A stretch of DNA of 62,494 nt from Planctomycetota bacterium (GCA_026693065.1 JAPLNA010000206.1:1-62494), one strand, 5' to 3'; positions 14,543 through 26,642 are shown, counted from the first letter of the stretch. The notes: a model not told the origin generated them from the sequence alone. Made by a program: numbers and translations.

Positions 14543-16803
14543 CCGACGCCCGGGCGTGCCGGCTGTGGATCGGCGTGCTGATGCTGGCGGCGGCGGCCCC
14601 GGCGGGCGCCCAGACGCCTGTCGACCCGCCGGCCGGCGTGGACGCCGCGGCGGGCGCGGCGGCGGCGTTCCTCAAGGCGCGCCTGGCCTCCGACGGCATG
14701 GCCGCGGGGGAGTATCCCAGGGGAAATCCCCGGCACGGCGGGCGGACGGGGTTGTGCGCGTACGCCCTGCTGTCGGCGAGGGTGCCGGGCAACGACCCGG
14801 CCCTGGCACGTGCGGTGGTCTGGCTGCGGGGGGCGAAACTCGAAGGCGTTTACGCGACGGCCATGCGCGCCGGCGCCCTGGCCGCCCTCAACAACAAGAC
14901 CGACCGCGCGACGCTCGCCGCCGACGCCAAGTGGCTCGTCGAGGCGGCGCGGTCGGACGGCACGTACACGTACGGCCCGCCGGGGGCCGACGACGCGGGA
15001 GTGTACGACAACTCCAACAGCCAGATGGCCGTCCTGGGCGTGTGGGAGGCCTGGCGGCACGGCGTGGACGTGCCCGCGGCCTACTGGCGGAAAGTGGAAA
15101 CCCACTGGCGCTCCGCCCAGCAGGCCGACGGCGGCTGGGGGTACTTCGCCCCGCCGGCCGGGCGGCGAGGCAACAGCTACGGGTCGATGACGGCGGCAGG
15201 CCTGGCCACCCTCTTCATCTGCCAGGACGCCCTCTACCGCGACCGCTTCACCCTCTGCCGCGAGCAGGAGCTCTCCGGGCCGATCTCCCGCGGGATGGAC
15301 TGGCTGACCAAGCGATTCGACGTGGCGGGCAACCCGGGCAAGGGGGTGGAGTGGCAGCAGTACTGGCTCTACAGCCTGGAGCGTGCGGCCCTGGCCAGCG
15401 GGTGGCGGGACTTCGGCGGGCACGACTGGTACGCCGAGGGCGCCGCCGAGTTGCTGGCCGGGCAGAACCGCGACGGCAGCTTCGGCGACGGGCCCCCCGA
15501 GGTTCGCCTCGAGCCGACCGCCTTCGCCCTGCTCTTCCTGGGCCACGGGAGGAACCCCGTCGTCATCAACAAACTCCGATACCCCGGGCTGTGGAACGCC
15601 CGCCCGCGGGATGCGGCCAATTTCGCGGCGTTCCTGTACGAGGCCCTCGAACGAACGGCGGCCTGGCAGGTGGTGGACGCCGACGCCCTGTCGGCCGGGT
15701 GGGACGACGCCCCCCTCCTCTACCTCTCCGGGGCCGGGCCCTGCCGCCTGAGCGACCTCCAGGTGCAGAAACTTCGCGACTTCGCCCTGCGCGGCGGGCT
15801 GGTCGTCTCCGAGGCCGCCTGCAGCAACGGGGCCTTCACCCTCGACATGCAGGCCCTCTACCGGCGGATGTTCCCGGAATGGCCCCTCGAGCGCCTCGCC
15901 GACGACAACGAGATCTACACCCACCACTTCAAGCCCTCCGACGTCGGCGGGTTGCTGGGCGTCTCCAACGGCATCCGCCTGCTGGCCATCCACTCGCCCC
16001 AGGAACTCTCGCTCGACCTGCAACTGGGCCCCCTGCCCGGGCGGCGAAAGAGCTTCGAGCTGCTGGCCAACGCCGCCATCCTGGTCACCGACCGCGGGCG
16101 CCTGCACGAACGCGGACGCCGCCGCTGGCCCGCCCCCGCCCTCGCCGCCAGCGGACTCGTCGTCCCTGTCGCTCGCCTCCAGCACGCCGGCAACCCCAAC
16201 CCCGAACCCCTCGCCTGGGAACGCCTTTCCCTCCTGGCCGCCGCGCGCGGGGGAGTTCAGTTGGACTTCTCGGCCTTCGTTGCCCCGACGGCCCTCCGCA
16301 AAGACCGCTGGCCCGTCGCGGTGATCACCGGCACGAGCGACTTCAAGCTGACGGGCGACGACCTGGCGGCCATCTCGCGATACCTCGCCTCCGGCGGCAC
16401 GCTGATCGTGCTGCCCGGCGGGGGTTCGGGGGCCTTCTACCAGGCGGCCAGGAGCCAACTGCTCCCCCTCACCGGCGGCTCGCTGGAGCCCCTGCCCCAG
16501 GGCCCCCTGCTGGCCGGGCCTCTCCGGATGGAGGCCGTGCATTTCCGCGACGGGTACGCCCTTGGACTTCCCCCGGCCCAGCGGACCCGCCACCGGCTCC
16601 GCGCCGCCCTGATCGAGGGCAGGCCCGCCCTCGTCTTCAGCGAGGAAGACCTCGTCGCCGGACTCCTCGGGTACGAGGGCTACCGCATCCCGGGCTACAC
16701 CGGCGAAACCGCGACGGCGCTGATGCCGAATCTCCTGACCCTGGCGGCGCAGGGCAAACTGCAAATGGAAACCCCCGCCACTCAACCCACAACCAGACCG
16801 TAG
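14539..16803 (+). CDS. Secreted protein with N-terminal prenyltransferase/terpene-cyclase-like alpha-toroid repeats and a C-terminal DUF4159-like domain
   Basis: Signal peptide MTDARACRLWIGVLMLAAAAPAGAQ. Repeats of the QxxDGGWGY type (QQADGGWGYF, NRDGSFGD). The C-terminus (ANFAAFLYE...PLLYLSGAG...KLRDFALRGGLVV) resembles DUF4159. ATGA overlap with sppA. Confidence 0.6.
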   Translation: MTDARACRLWIGVLMLAAAAPAGAQTPVDPPAGVDAAAGAAAAFLKARLASDGMAAGEYPRGNPRHGGRTGLCAYALLSARVPGNDPALARAVVWLRGAKLEGVYATAMRAGALAALNNKTDRATLAADAKWLVEAARSDGTYTYGPPGADDAGVYDNSNSQMAVLGVWEAWRHGVDVPAAYWRKVETHWRSAQQADGGWGYFAPPAGRRGNSYGSMTAAGLATLFICQDALYRDRFTLCREQELSGPISRGMDWLTKRFDVAGNPGKGVEWQQYWLYSLERAALASGWRDFGGHDWYAEGAAELLAGQNRDGSFGDGPPEVRLEPTAFALLFLGHGRNPVVINKLRYPGLWNARPRDAANFAAFLYEALERTAAWQVVDADALSAGWDDAPLLYLSGAGPCRLSDLQVQKLRDFALRGGLVVSEAACSNGAFTLDMQALYRRMFPEWPLERLADDNEIYTHHFKPSDVGGLLGVSNGIRLLAIHSPQELSLDLQLGPLPGRRKSFELLANAAILVTDRGRLHERGRRRWPAPALAASGLVVPVARLQHAGNPNPEPLAWERLSLLAAARGGVQLDFSAFVAPTALRKDRWPVAVITGTSDFKLTGDDLAAISRYLASGGTLIVLPGGGSGAFYQAARSQLLPLTGGSLEPLPQGPLLAGPLRMEAVHFRDGYALGLPPAQRTRHRLRAALIEGRPALVFSEEDLVAGLLGYEGYRIPGYTGETATALMPNLLTLAAQGKLQMETPATQPTTRP

Positions 16804-17029
16804 GGGAAACCTCCCGGCGGGGACACAAAACAACAAACGAAATCATCTGTTCGATTTCGTTTGTTGTTTTCCTCCCGAAGGAAACGGGCGAACGGAACCG
16901 CAGGGGCGTTGCAAGGCGCGATCACCATACCTCGTGTCCCCGCCGGGGGGTTTTCCCGGGCGGGGGAGGGAAGATGAACATGGGAAGGTCATCGGCGATT
17001 CGCGGCGACGTTCCGTCGCCGGCTAAACG
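16802..17029. repeat. Intergenic repeat element, copy B, interrupted by extra segments
   Basis: Shares AGGGGAAACCTCCCGGCGGGGACACAAAACAACAAACGAAATCATCT.TTCGATTTCGTTTGTTGTTTT, GTGTCCCCGCCGGGG and GCGACGTTCCGTCGCCGGCTAAAC with copy A. About 63 nt and about 43 nt of extra sequence split the right arm and the tail. Confidence 0.8.
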
Positions 17030-17197
17030 TGCGGTGGGGGGATTCTCCTGACGTGCGGGATTGGGGTTGAAAACCATATTCGGATTGTGCAGAATGGGCG
17101 CTCCGCGTCTGGTGTCCGGGAAGGCGTATCGCCGCGCCGGGACGGACGCGGGTGGTTCGAACCGGTTTCCCCGCATTCCCATAGAAGGACGATCATC

Positions 17198-20743
<3,546 letters not shown>

Positions 20744-20768
20744 TCGGATGAACGGATGTCGCTTCATT

Positions 20769-20800
20769 GCCCCCGGCGCGAATCGCCGGGGGCTTTTTTT
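20769..20800 (+). terminator. Rho-independent terminator after nifJ
   Basis: Stem GCCCCCGGCG / CGCCGGGGGC with a 5-nt loop, followed by a run of eight T. Confidence 0.8.
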
Positions 20801-21164
20801 ATTGATGAAAACAGAAGAATCCCTCCGGATTTGCGCGCACAGAATCCGCCCTTTGTCGTATAATGTTTAACGTACAGATGCAAAGGAGGGCGGATCCCTG
20901 TACGGGATCTCAGCCATTGGAGCGGAAGGCACAGAAGTCGACTCGCGCGTTGCGTTGTCGGCTGATCAAAACCGAATACGCCGATCCCCTGACCGGTAGC
21001 TTATCACGGCATGCCGAATACGGGGGGCGGTACTACTACTTCCGGCCCAGCCGTTTCATCGGCCAGTGGCTGGAAACCAGGGCTCTCCAGTCAGGTACTC
21101 AGGAGTCCCTCATCGGGGCGCGGCGGTCCACAAGGCCGCCGCGTCCATTTAACCACCTGCCGCG

Positions 21165-21264
21165 CCGGGTGCCGTGGTTTGCGGCGCAGCCGCAACCACG
21201 ACTGCCGACTGTCGGAAGTTCCGCTGACGTGGTGGCGGCTGCGCCGCGACCCACGGCACCCGGG
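21165..21264. repeat. REP-like palindromic unit pair (two inverted ~36-nt units)
   Basis: CCGGGTGCCGTGGTTTGCGGCGCAGCCGCAACCACG (21165-21200) and its near reverse complement CGTGGTGGCGGCTGCGCCGCGACCCACGGCACCCGG (21228-21263). A third unit lies at 62001-62036. Confidence 0.8.
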
Positions 21265-21320
21265 CAAGTCCATCTAACCCCGCCTTGCGGCGTCTTGTGT
21301 CGCGGCCGCCGGAGTCTACA

Positions 21321-22292
21321 ATGCTCACCATGATCCCCAAAGAGAACTATCTGCGCGTGCTGCGGCACGACCACCCCGAGTGGGTGCCGCTGGTGCGGGA
21401 GTGCGACGACTGGATCGGCCCGCCGGTGGTCGAACGGCCCGACCGGGCGGGGCTGGACGCCTTCGGCGTGCGATGGAACTACGAGGCCTCGGCCGAGGGG
21501 GGCACGTTCCCGGCCCAGGGGGGTCACACCATCACCGACCTGGCCCAGTGGCGCCGGCAGATCACGATCCCCGACCTGGCCCGCTTCGATTGGAGCGAGC
21601 CGGCCCGGGCCGCCGCCGCCGTCGACCGCCCGACGCGGGTCATCGTCGGGTTCGTCGAGATGGGGCTCTTCGAGCGGTCGTACCTCCTGCTGGGGATGGA
21701 CGAGGCCCTGGTGGCCTACGTCACCCACCCGGAGCTGATGTACGACCTGCTGGGCGAGCTGGCCGACTACAAGATTGCCCTGATCCGGCGGCTGCACGAG
21801 GCCATCCGGATGGACATCCTCTGGTACGGGGATGACTGGGGCAACCAGCGGAGCCTGTTCCTTCCGCCGCCGGTGTGGCGCCGGGTGGTCCGCCCGCACA
21901 CCCAGCGGATCTACGACTGCGCCAAGAGCCTGGGCATCATGATCGACCAGCACTCCTGCGGCAAGGTGGACGAGGTCGTCGGCGACATGGTCGAGATGGG
22001 CGCGACGATGTGGAACCCCTGCCAGCCCTGCAACGACCTGGCGGGGCTGAAGAAGAAATACGGCGGGCGGATCGCCTTCTCGGGCGGCATCGACAGCCAG
22101 TTCGTCCTCGCCCGCCGGGGTGTGACGGCCGACGAGGTCCGCGCCCACGTCCGCCTTCGGATCGACCAGATGGCCGCCGGCGGCGGGTACGTCGCCACCC
22201 CCAGCCACGGCGTGCCCTACGACAAGGCCATCTTCGACGCGATGAACGACGAGATCCGCACCTACGGGCGGGCGTACTACGCGAAGAAGTAA
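21321..22292 (+). CDS. URO-D/MtaA-like family protein, paralog 2
   Basis: MLTMIPKENYLRVLRHDHPEWVP...DDWGNQ...HSCGKVDEVVGDMVEMG...GGID. Same family pattern as paralogs 1 and 3. The start could be 21321 or 21330. Confidence 0.7.
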   Translation: MLTMIPKENYLRVLRHDHPEWVPLVRECDDWIGPPVVERPDRAGLDAFGVRWNYEASAEGGTFPAQGGHTITDLAQWRRQITIPDLARFDWSEPARAAAAVDRPTRVIVGFVEMGLFERSYLLLGMDEALVAYVTHPELMYDLLGELADYKIALIRRLHEAIRMDILWYGDDWGNQRSLFLPPPVWRRVVRPHTQRIYDCAKSLGIMIDQHSCGKVDEVVGDMVEMGATMWNPCQPCNDLAGLKKKYGGRIAFSGGIDSQFVLARRGVTADEVRAHVRLRIDQMAAGGGYVATPSHGVPYDKAIFDAMNDEIRTYGRAYYAKK

Positions 22293-22328
22293 ACTCCCCC
22301 GCTCGGGGGATCACCGGCGGTCGCGGCC

Positions 22329-22509
22329 AAGAGACAGGGATTCAAGGATTCCTGGATTGGGGGATTGAATCGCAGACAGAAGAACGAGTGAAAGAAGAGC
22401 CCGGGCCCTTGTTGTCGCGGGAGGCCACACCAGGGCCGTTCGGCCCTCTTCCTCCGTATCATTCTTTTTTGAATCCCCTAATCCAGGAATCCTTGAATCC
22501 CTGTCTCTT
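22329..22509. repeat. 181-nt intergenic element bounded by ~39-nt near-perfect inverted repeats
   Basis: AAGAGACAGGGATTCAAGGATTCCTGGATTGGGGGATTG (22329-22367) against the reverse complement of 22471-22509 (AAGAGACAGGGATTCAAGGATTCCTGGATTAGGGGATTC). Two mismatches by eye. The arms reiterate GGATT. Confidence 0.8.
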
Positions 22510-22629
22510 TGTCGCTTGCACCCGTGCGGCCTCCGTCCTGGCCGACACGGAAACCAGAGACCTTGCGGTTCTTGACTCCCCGGCGGCAATGCCTACCATG
22601 GCAGTTCCGCGACCGTGAAAGGAACCCCC

Positions 22630-24417
22630 ATGGCGATCCCGCGTAACGAATACCCGCGTCCGCAGTTCATACGGAAAGACTGGCTGTGCCTCAATGGCCC
22701 GTGGCAGTTCGAGATCGACGCCGGCGACACCGGGGCCGAGCGCGGGCTCCTCGATCGCGAACTCTCCGGGCGGATCACCGTGCCCTTCTGCCCCGAGAGC
22801 AGACTCTCGGGCGTCGAGTGCGTGGACTTCATGAACGCCGTCTGGTATCGCCGCACGGTCACGGTCCCCAAGGCCTGGGCCGGGCGGAAGGTGCTGCTGC
22901 ACTTCCAGGCCGTCGACTACGAGGCCACCGTCTGGGTGAACGGCCGCCGGGTGGGCGCCCATCGCGGGGGCTGGTGCGGGTTCACCTGCGACCTGGGCGG
23001 AGTGGTCGCCGCCGGCGAGAAGGCGACGATCGTCGTCCGCGCCCGCGACCCGAAGGGGCCCGGCAAGCCGGGAGGAAAGCAGACGCCGACGGCCTACCAC
23101 AGCAGCGGCTGCCTCTACACCCGAACGACGGGCATCTGGCAGACCGTGTGGATGGAACCGGTGAGCGAGGTCCATCTGAAGCGTCCGCGGATCACGCCCG
23201 ACCTGGCCGGCGGACGGTTCCGGCTCGTCCAGCCGATCACCAACAGCCGCCCGGGGACGAAACTCCGCGTGACGCTCAAGGACAACAAGGGCGTCGTCTG
23301 CCGCGCCCTCGCCGACGCCGACGCCGACTTCACGCCGACCCTCGACCTGCCCATCCCCAAGGCCCGCCGGCGGCTCTGGGGCCCGGAAGACCCGTTCCTC
23401 TACGACGTCGACATCGAACTGCTCGACGCCAAGGGCAAGACCATCGACCGGGCCTCCAGCTACGCCGGACTGCGAAGCGTCACCATCGACGGCCAGGCCG
23501 TCCGCCTCAACGGGCGGAGCGTCTTCCAGCGGCTGGTGCTGGACCAGGGGTATTACCCCGACGGCATCCTGACGGCCGCCAGCGACGCGGCGTTGCGCAA
23601 GGACATCGAGCTTTCGCTGGCGGCGGGGTTCAACGGCGCGAGACTGCACCAGAAGGTGTTCGAGGAACGCTTCCTGTACCACGCCGACCGGCTGGGGTAC
23701 CTCGTCTGGGGCGAGCTGGGCGACTGGGGGCTCGACCGGGACCAGCCCAAGGCCACCTACATCACCCAGTGGCTCGAGGTGGTCGCCCGCGACTACAACC
23801 ACCCGGCGATCGTGGGCTGGTGCCCGCTGAACGAGACGGCCCAGCCGATCCCCGACGGCGTCGAGGGGCTCGACGACCTGACGCACGGGCTGGTGCTGGC
23901 GACGAAGGCGATGGACCAGACGCGTCCGGTGCTGGACGCCTCGGGCTACAGCCATCGCGAGTGGAACCTGGACGTGTACGACAGCCACGACTACGACCAG
24001 AACCCCGCGACGTTCGCCGCTCGCCACGCGGGCCTGGCCGCGGGCGACCCGTTCGTCAACCCGGACAAGGAGCACGCCCCGTGGTCGCTGCCGTACGCGG
24101 GGCAACCGTACTTCGTCAGCGAGTTCGGCGGCACGTGGTGGCAGCCGGGCATGGCGGCCCACCGCGACAGCCACGCCCACGACGGCTCGTGGGGGTACGG
24201 CCAGGCCCCCCGCACCCTCGCGGAGTTCTACGCCCGCTTCCAGGGCCTGTGCGACGCCCTCCTGGACAATCCGCACATGTTCGGTTACTGCTACACCCAA
24301 CTGACCGACGTCTTCCAGGAACAGAACGGCATCTTCCTGTTCAATCGCGAGCGGAAGTTCGACCTCCGCAAACTCCACACCATCCAACGCCGCCCCGCGG
24401 CGGTGGAGAAGCGGTGA
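22630..24417 (+). CDS. Glycoside hydrolase family 2 (beta-galactosidase/glucuronidase/mannosidase-like)
   Basis: YPRPQF, WYRR...VLLHFQAVDYEATVWVNG..VG.HRGG, acid/base context GWCPLNE and nucleophile context YFVSEFGG. The start could be 22615 or 22630. Confidence 0.8.
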   Translation: MAIPRNEYPRPQFIRKDWLCLNGPWQFEIDAGDTGAERGLLDRELSGRITVPFCPESRLSGVECVDFMNAVWYRRTVTVPKAWAGRKVLLHFQAVDYEATVWVNGRRVGAHRGGWCGFTCDLGGVVAAGEKATIVVRARDPKGPGKPGGKQTPTAYHSSGCLYTRTTGIWQTVWMEPVSEVHLKRPRITPDLAGGRFRLVQPITNSRPGTKLRVTLKDNKGVVCRALADADADFTPTLDLPIPKARRRLWGPEDPFLYDVDIELLDAKGKTIDRASSYAGLRSVTIDGQAVRLNGRSVFQRLVLDQGYYPDGILTAASDAALRKDIELSLAAGFNGARLHQKVFEERFLYHADRLGYLVWGELGDWGLDRDQPKATYITQWLEVVARDYNHPAIVGWCPLNETAQPIPDGVEGLDDLTHGLVLATKAMDQTRPVLDASGYSHREWNLDVYDSHDYDQNPATFAARHAGLAAGDPFVNPDKEHAPWSLPYAGQPYFVSEFGGTWWQPGMAAHRDSHAHDGSWGYGQAPRTLAEFYARFQGLCDALLDNPHMFGYCYTQLTDVFQEQNGIFLFNRERKFDLRKLHTIQRRPAAVEKR

Positions 24418-24497
24418 GGGGAAGGAACCGGGAACGAGGAACTGGGAAGGAGAACTGGGAACTGGGACCGGAGGCGGTGTATGATGGTCGGTTGACC

Positions 24498-26642
24498 ATG
24501 ACCACCGACCGAATCGCCCGAATGCGTGACCGCGTAACGACCACCCCCGCCGTCTGGGACGACGGCGAGTGGACGCTCCGCGAGCAATCCAACGCCGCCA
24601 CCGTCGGCCTGTCGCCCATCCTGCGTGAAGCCCACGCGATGGCTCACTCCTTCGGCCACCGCGCCCTGCGAATCCAGGACGGCGAACTGATCGTCGGCAC
24701 GAACACCCGCACGCCGCCCGTGCCGGTCCCCCCAACTCCCCCCGCGGCCCAGACGCCGCCCCCGCCCCCGCCGCCGTGGCAGAAATACCTCGACCAGCGC
24801 GTGCTGTCGTTCGCGGGCAACCACACGACGCTCGACTACGAGACAATCCTGGCCGAGGGTTTCAGCGGCCTGATCGCCCGGATCGACCGCCGCCTGGCGT
24901 CCCTGCCCGCCGACGCCGCCGAGGCGCGGGAGTTTCTCCAGGCCCTGCGGATCGTCGCCGAAGGGGCCATCGACTTCTCCAACCGTCACGCCGACCTGGC
25001 CGCGCAGTTGGCCGCTCAGGCCGACGACGCGGCCCGGCGCGAGGAACTGCTCGCCATCGCCGCCAACTGCCGGGCCGTGCCCGCCGGACCGGCGAAGACA
25101 TTCTGGCAGGCCTGCCAGAGCCTCTGGTTCAGCTTCTTCCTCATGCCCGACTCCCCCGGACGGGTGGACCAGTACCTGGGCGGGTATTACGAGGCCGACC
25201 TGCGCGAGGGTCGCATCACGAAGGGGCAGGCGCTGGAGTTGATCGAGTGCCTGTGGTTGAAGTATTTCGAGTCGGGCGGGCCCACCAACCCCATCGGCGC
25301 CACCCACCACCTGACGCTGGGCGGCGTGAAGGGCGACGGGTCCGACGCGTCCAACGCGGTCACCTGGCTGTGCCTGGAGGCCACCGAGCGGTTGAAACTC
25401 TTCCGTCCACAGGTCTCGCTGCGTTGGCACCGTGGCACGGAACCGGCCCTGCTGGCCCGGGCCGTCCAGGCCCTGCGAGGCAGATGCGGGCACCCGAGCT
25501 TCTGCAGCGACGAGCAGATCATCCCGGCCCTGACGAACGTCGGGGTGGCCCTGGCAGACGCGCGGAACTACTCGCTCTCGGGCTGCAACGAGGTGATCAT
25601 CTCGGGTATGGCCCAGATGGGCTCGGTGGAAGGGTTCGTGAACATGCCCAAGGCCCTCGAGATGGCCCTGGGCCTGGCGCCCGAGCTGGGCCCGGGGGCC
25701 GACCTGACGCGGATCGGCTCCTTCGAGCAGTTCCAGACCGCCGTCGCCGACGCCCTGCGAACGATCGTCGGCGTGATTCACGAGACGTCGTACGCGGTCG
25801 ACGCCGATCGCGCCCGCTGGCCCCACCTGATGGCCTCGCTGGTCGTCCGCGACTGCATCGAGAACGCCCGCGGCTACACCCAGGGCGGGGCACGGTACAA
25901 CTTCTGCAACTGGAACATCGTCGGCATCGCCAACCTCGCCGACTCGCTGGCCGTCGTCGACCGGCTGGTCTTCCGCGAGAAACGGCTGGCCCTGCCCGCC
26001 CTGGCGGCGGTCCTCCGGACCAACTGGGACGGACAGGAAGTCCTCCGCCGGCGAATCCTGGGCGACCTGCCCCACTACGGCAACGACGTCGGCGAAGTAG
26101 ACTCCCTGGCCGCCGGGGTGGTCGAGCTGACCGACTCGCTCATGAAGCAGGCGGTCCCCTTCCGCGGCGGGCAGTACATCCTGGGCACGCTGGCGGGGGC
26201 AGAGAACATCCACATGTTCTTCGGCGCCCTGACCGGGGCGACCCCCGACGGGCGCCGTGCGGGGGAGCCGCTGGCCGACAGCCTCGGCGCCGCCCAGGGC
26301 CGCGACCGACACGGGCCCACCGCCATGCTCAACTCCGTCGCCAAGATCCCCCACCGCCTGCTCCCGACGGCCACCACGATCAACGTCAAGCTCGACCCGC
26401 GTCTGCTGGACTCCCAGGCCGGGCTCGACCGGATCGCCGCCCTCATCCAGGGCCACTTCGTCTCGGGCGGTCAGCAGGTGCAGTTGACTCTCGTCACGCG
26501 TCAGATGCTCGAAGAGGCCCAGGCCGACCCGGCCAGCCACGGCAACGTCGTCGTCCGCGTCGCCGGCTACAGCGCGCCCTTCGTCATGCTCGACCCGGCG
26601 CTGCAGGCGGAGATCATCTCACGGACGGAGCACGGGCTGTAG
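24498..26642 (+). CDS. Glycyl radical enzyme, PFL2/dehydratase-like class
   Basis: C-terminal glycyl radical motif VVRVAGYSAPFVMLD, thiyl Cys loop LSGCNEVIISG with Glu two residues after the Cys, and an N-terminus DRIARMRDRV...IQDGELIVG typical of PFL2-type GREs. Product is 714 aa. Confidence 0.9.
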   Translation: MTTDRIARMRDRVTTTPAVWDDGEWTLREQSNAATVGLSPILREAHAMAHSFGHRALRIQDGELIVGTNTRTPPVPVPPTPPAAQTPPPPPPPWQKYLDQRVLSFAGNHTTLDYETILAEGFSGLIARIDRRLASLPADAAEAREFLQALRIVAEGAIDFSNRHADLAAQLAAQADDAARREELLAIAANCRAVPAGPAKTFWQACQSLWFSFFLMPDSPGRVDQYLGGYYEADLREGRITKGQALELIECLWLKYFESGGPTNPIGATHHLTLGGVKGDGSDASNAVTWLCLEATERLKLFRPQVSLRWHRGTEPALLARAVQALRGRCGHPSFCSDEQIIPALTNVGVALADARNYSLSGCNEVIISGMAQMGSVEGFVNMPKALEMALGLAPELGPGADLTRIGSFEQFQTAVADALRTIVGVIHETSYAVDADRARWPHLMASLVVRDCIENARGYTQGGARYNFCNWNIVGIANLADSLAVVDRLVFREKRLALPALAAVLRTNWDGQEVLRRRILGDLPHYGNDVGEVDSLAAGVVELTDSLMKQAVPFRGGQYILGTLAGAENIHMFFGALTGATPDGRRAGEPLADSLGAAQGRDRHGPTAMLNSVAKIPHRLLPTATTINVKLDPRLLDSQAGLDRIAALIQGHFVSGGQQVQLTLVTRQMLEEAQADPASHGNVVVRVAGYSAPFVMLDPALQAEIISRTEHGL

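Noticed and set aside
20860-21160. Possible cobalamin riboswitch upstream of an MtaA-like gene
   Set aside because: I looked for the B12 box (AGYCMGGAGACCKGCC) and for the GCCACUG / GGGAAGGC elements. I found only weak resemblances (GCCATTGGAGCGGAAGGC, AGTCAGGTACTCAGGAG) with wrong spacing. An Infernal scan would be needed, so I make no claim.
20863-21333. 156-aa ORF in the nifJ / URO-D paralog 2 intergenic region
   Set aside because: It is Arg/Pro/Ser-rich and runs through the REP palindromes. It has no RBS or motif, so I treat it as non-coding.
22686-24497. Upstream 600-codon extension of the GRE reading frame (track ORF 22686-26642, 1,318 aa)
   Set aside because: The extension overlaps the GH2 gene in another frame and is Arg/Pro-rich nonsense. 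The conserved GRE N-terminus (DRIARMRDRV…ELIVG) begins at the ATG at 24498.
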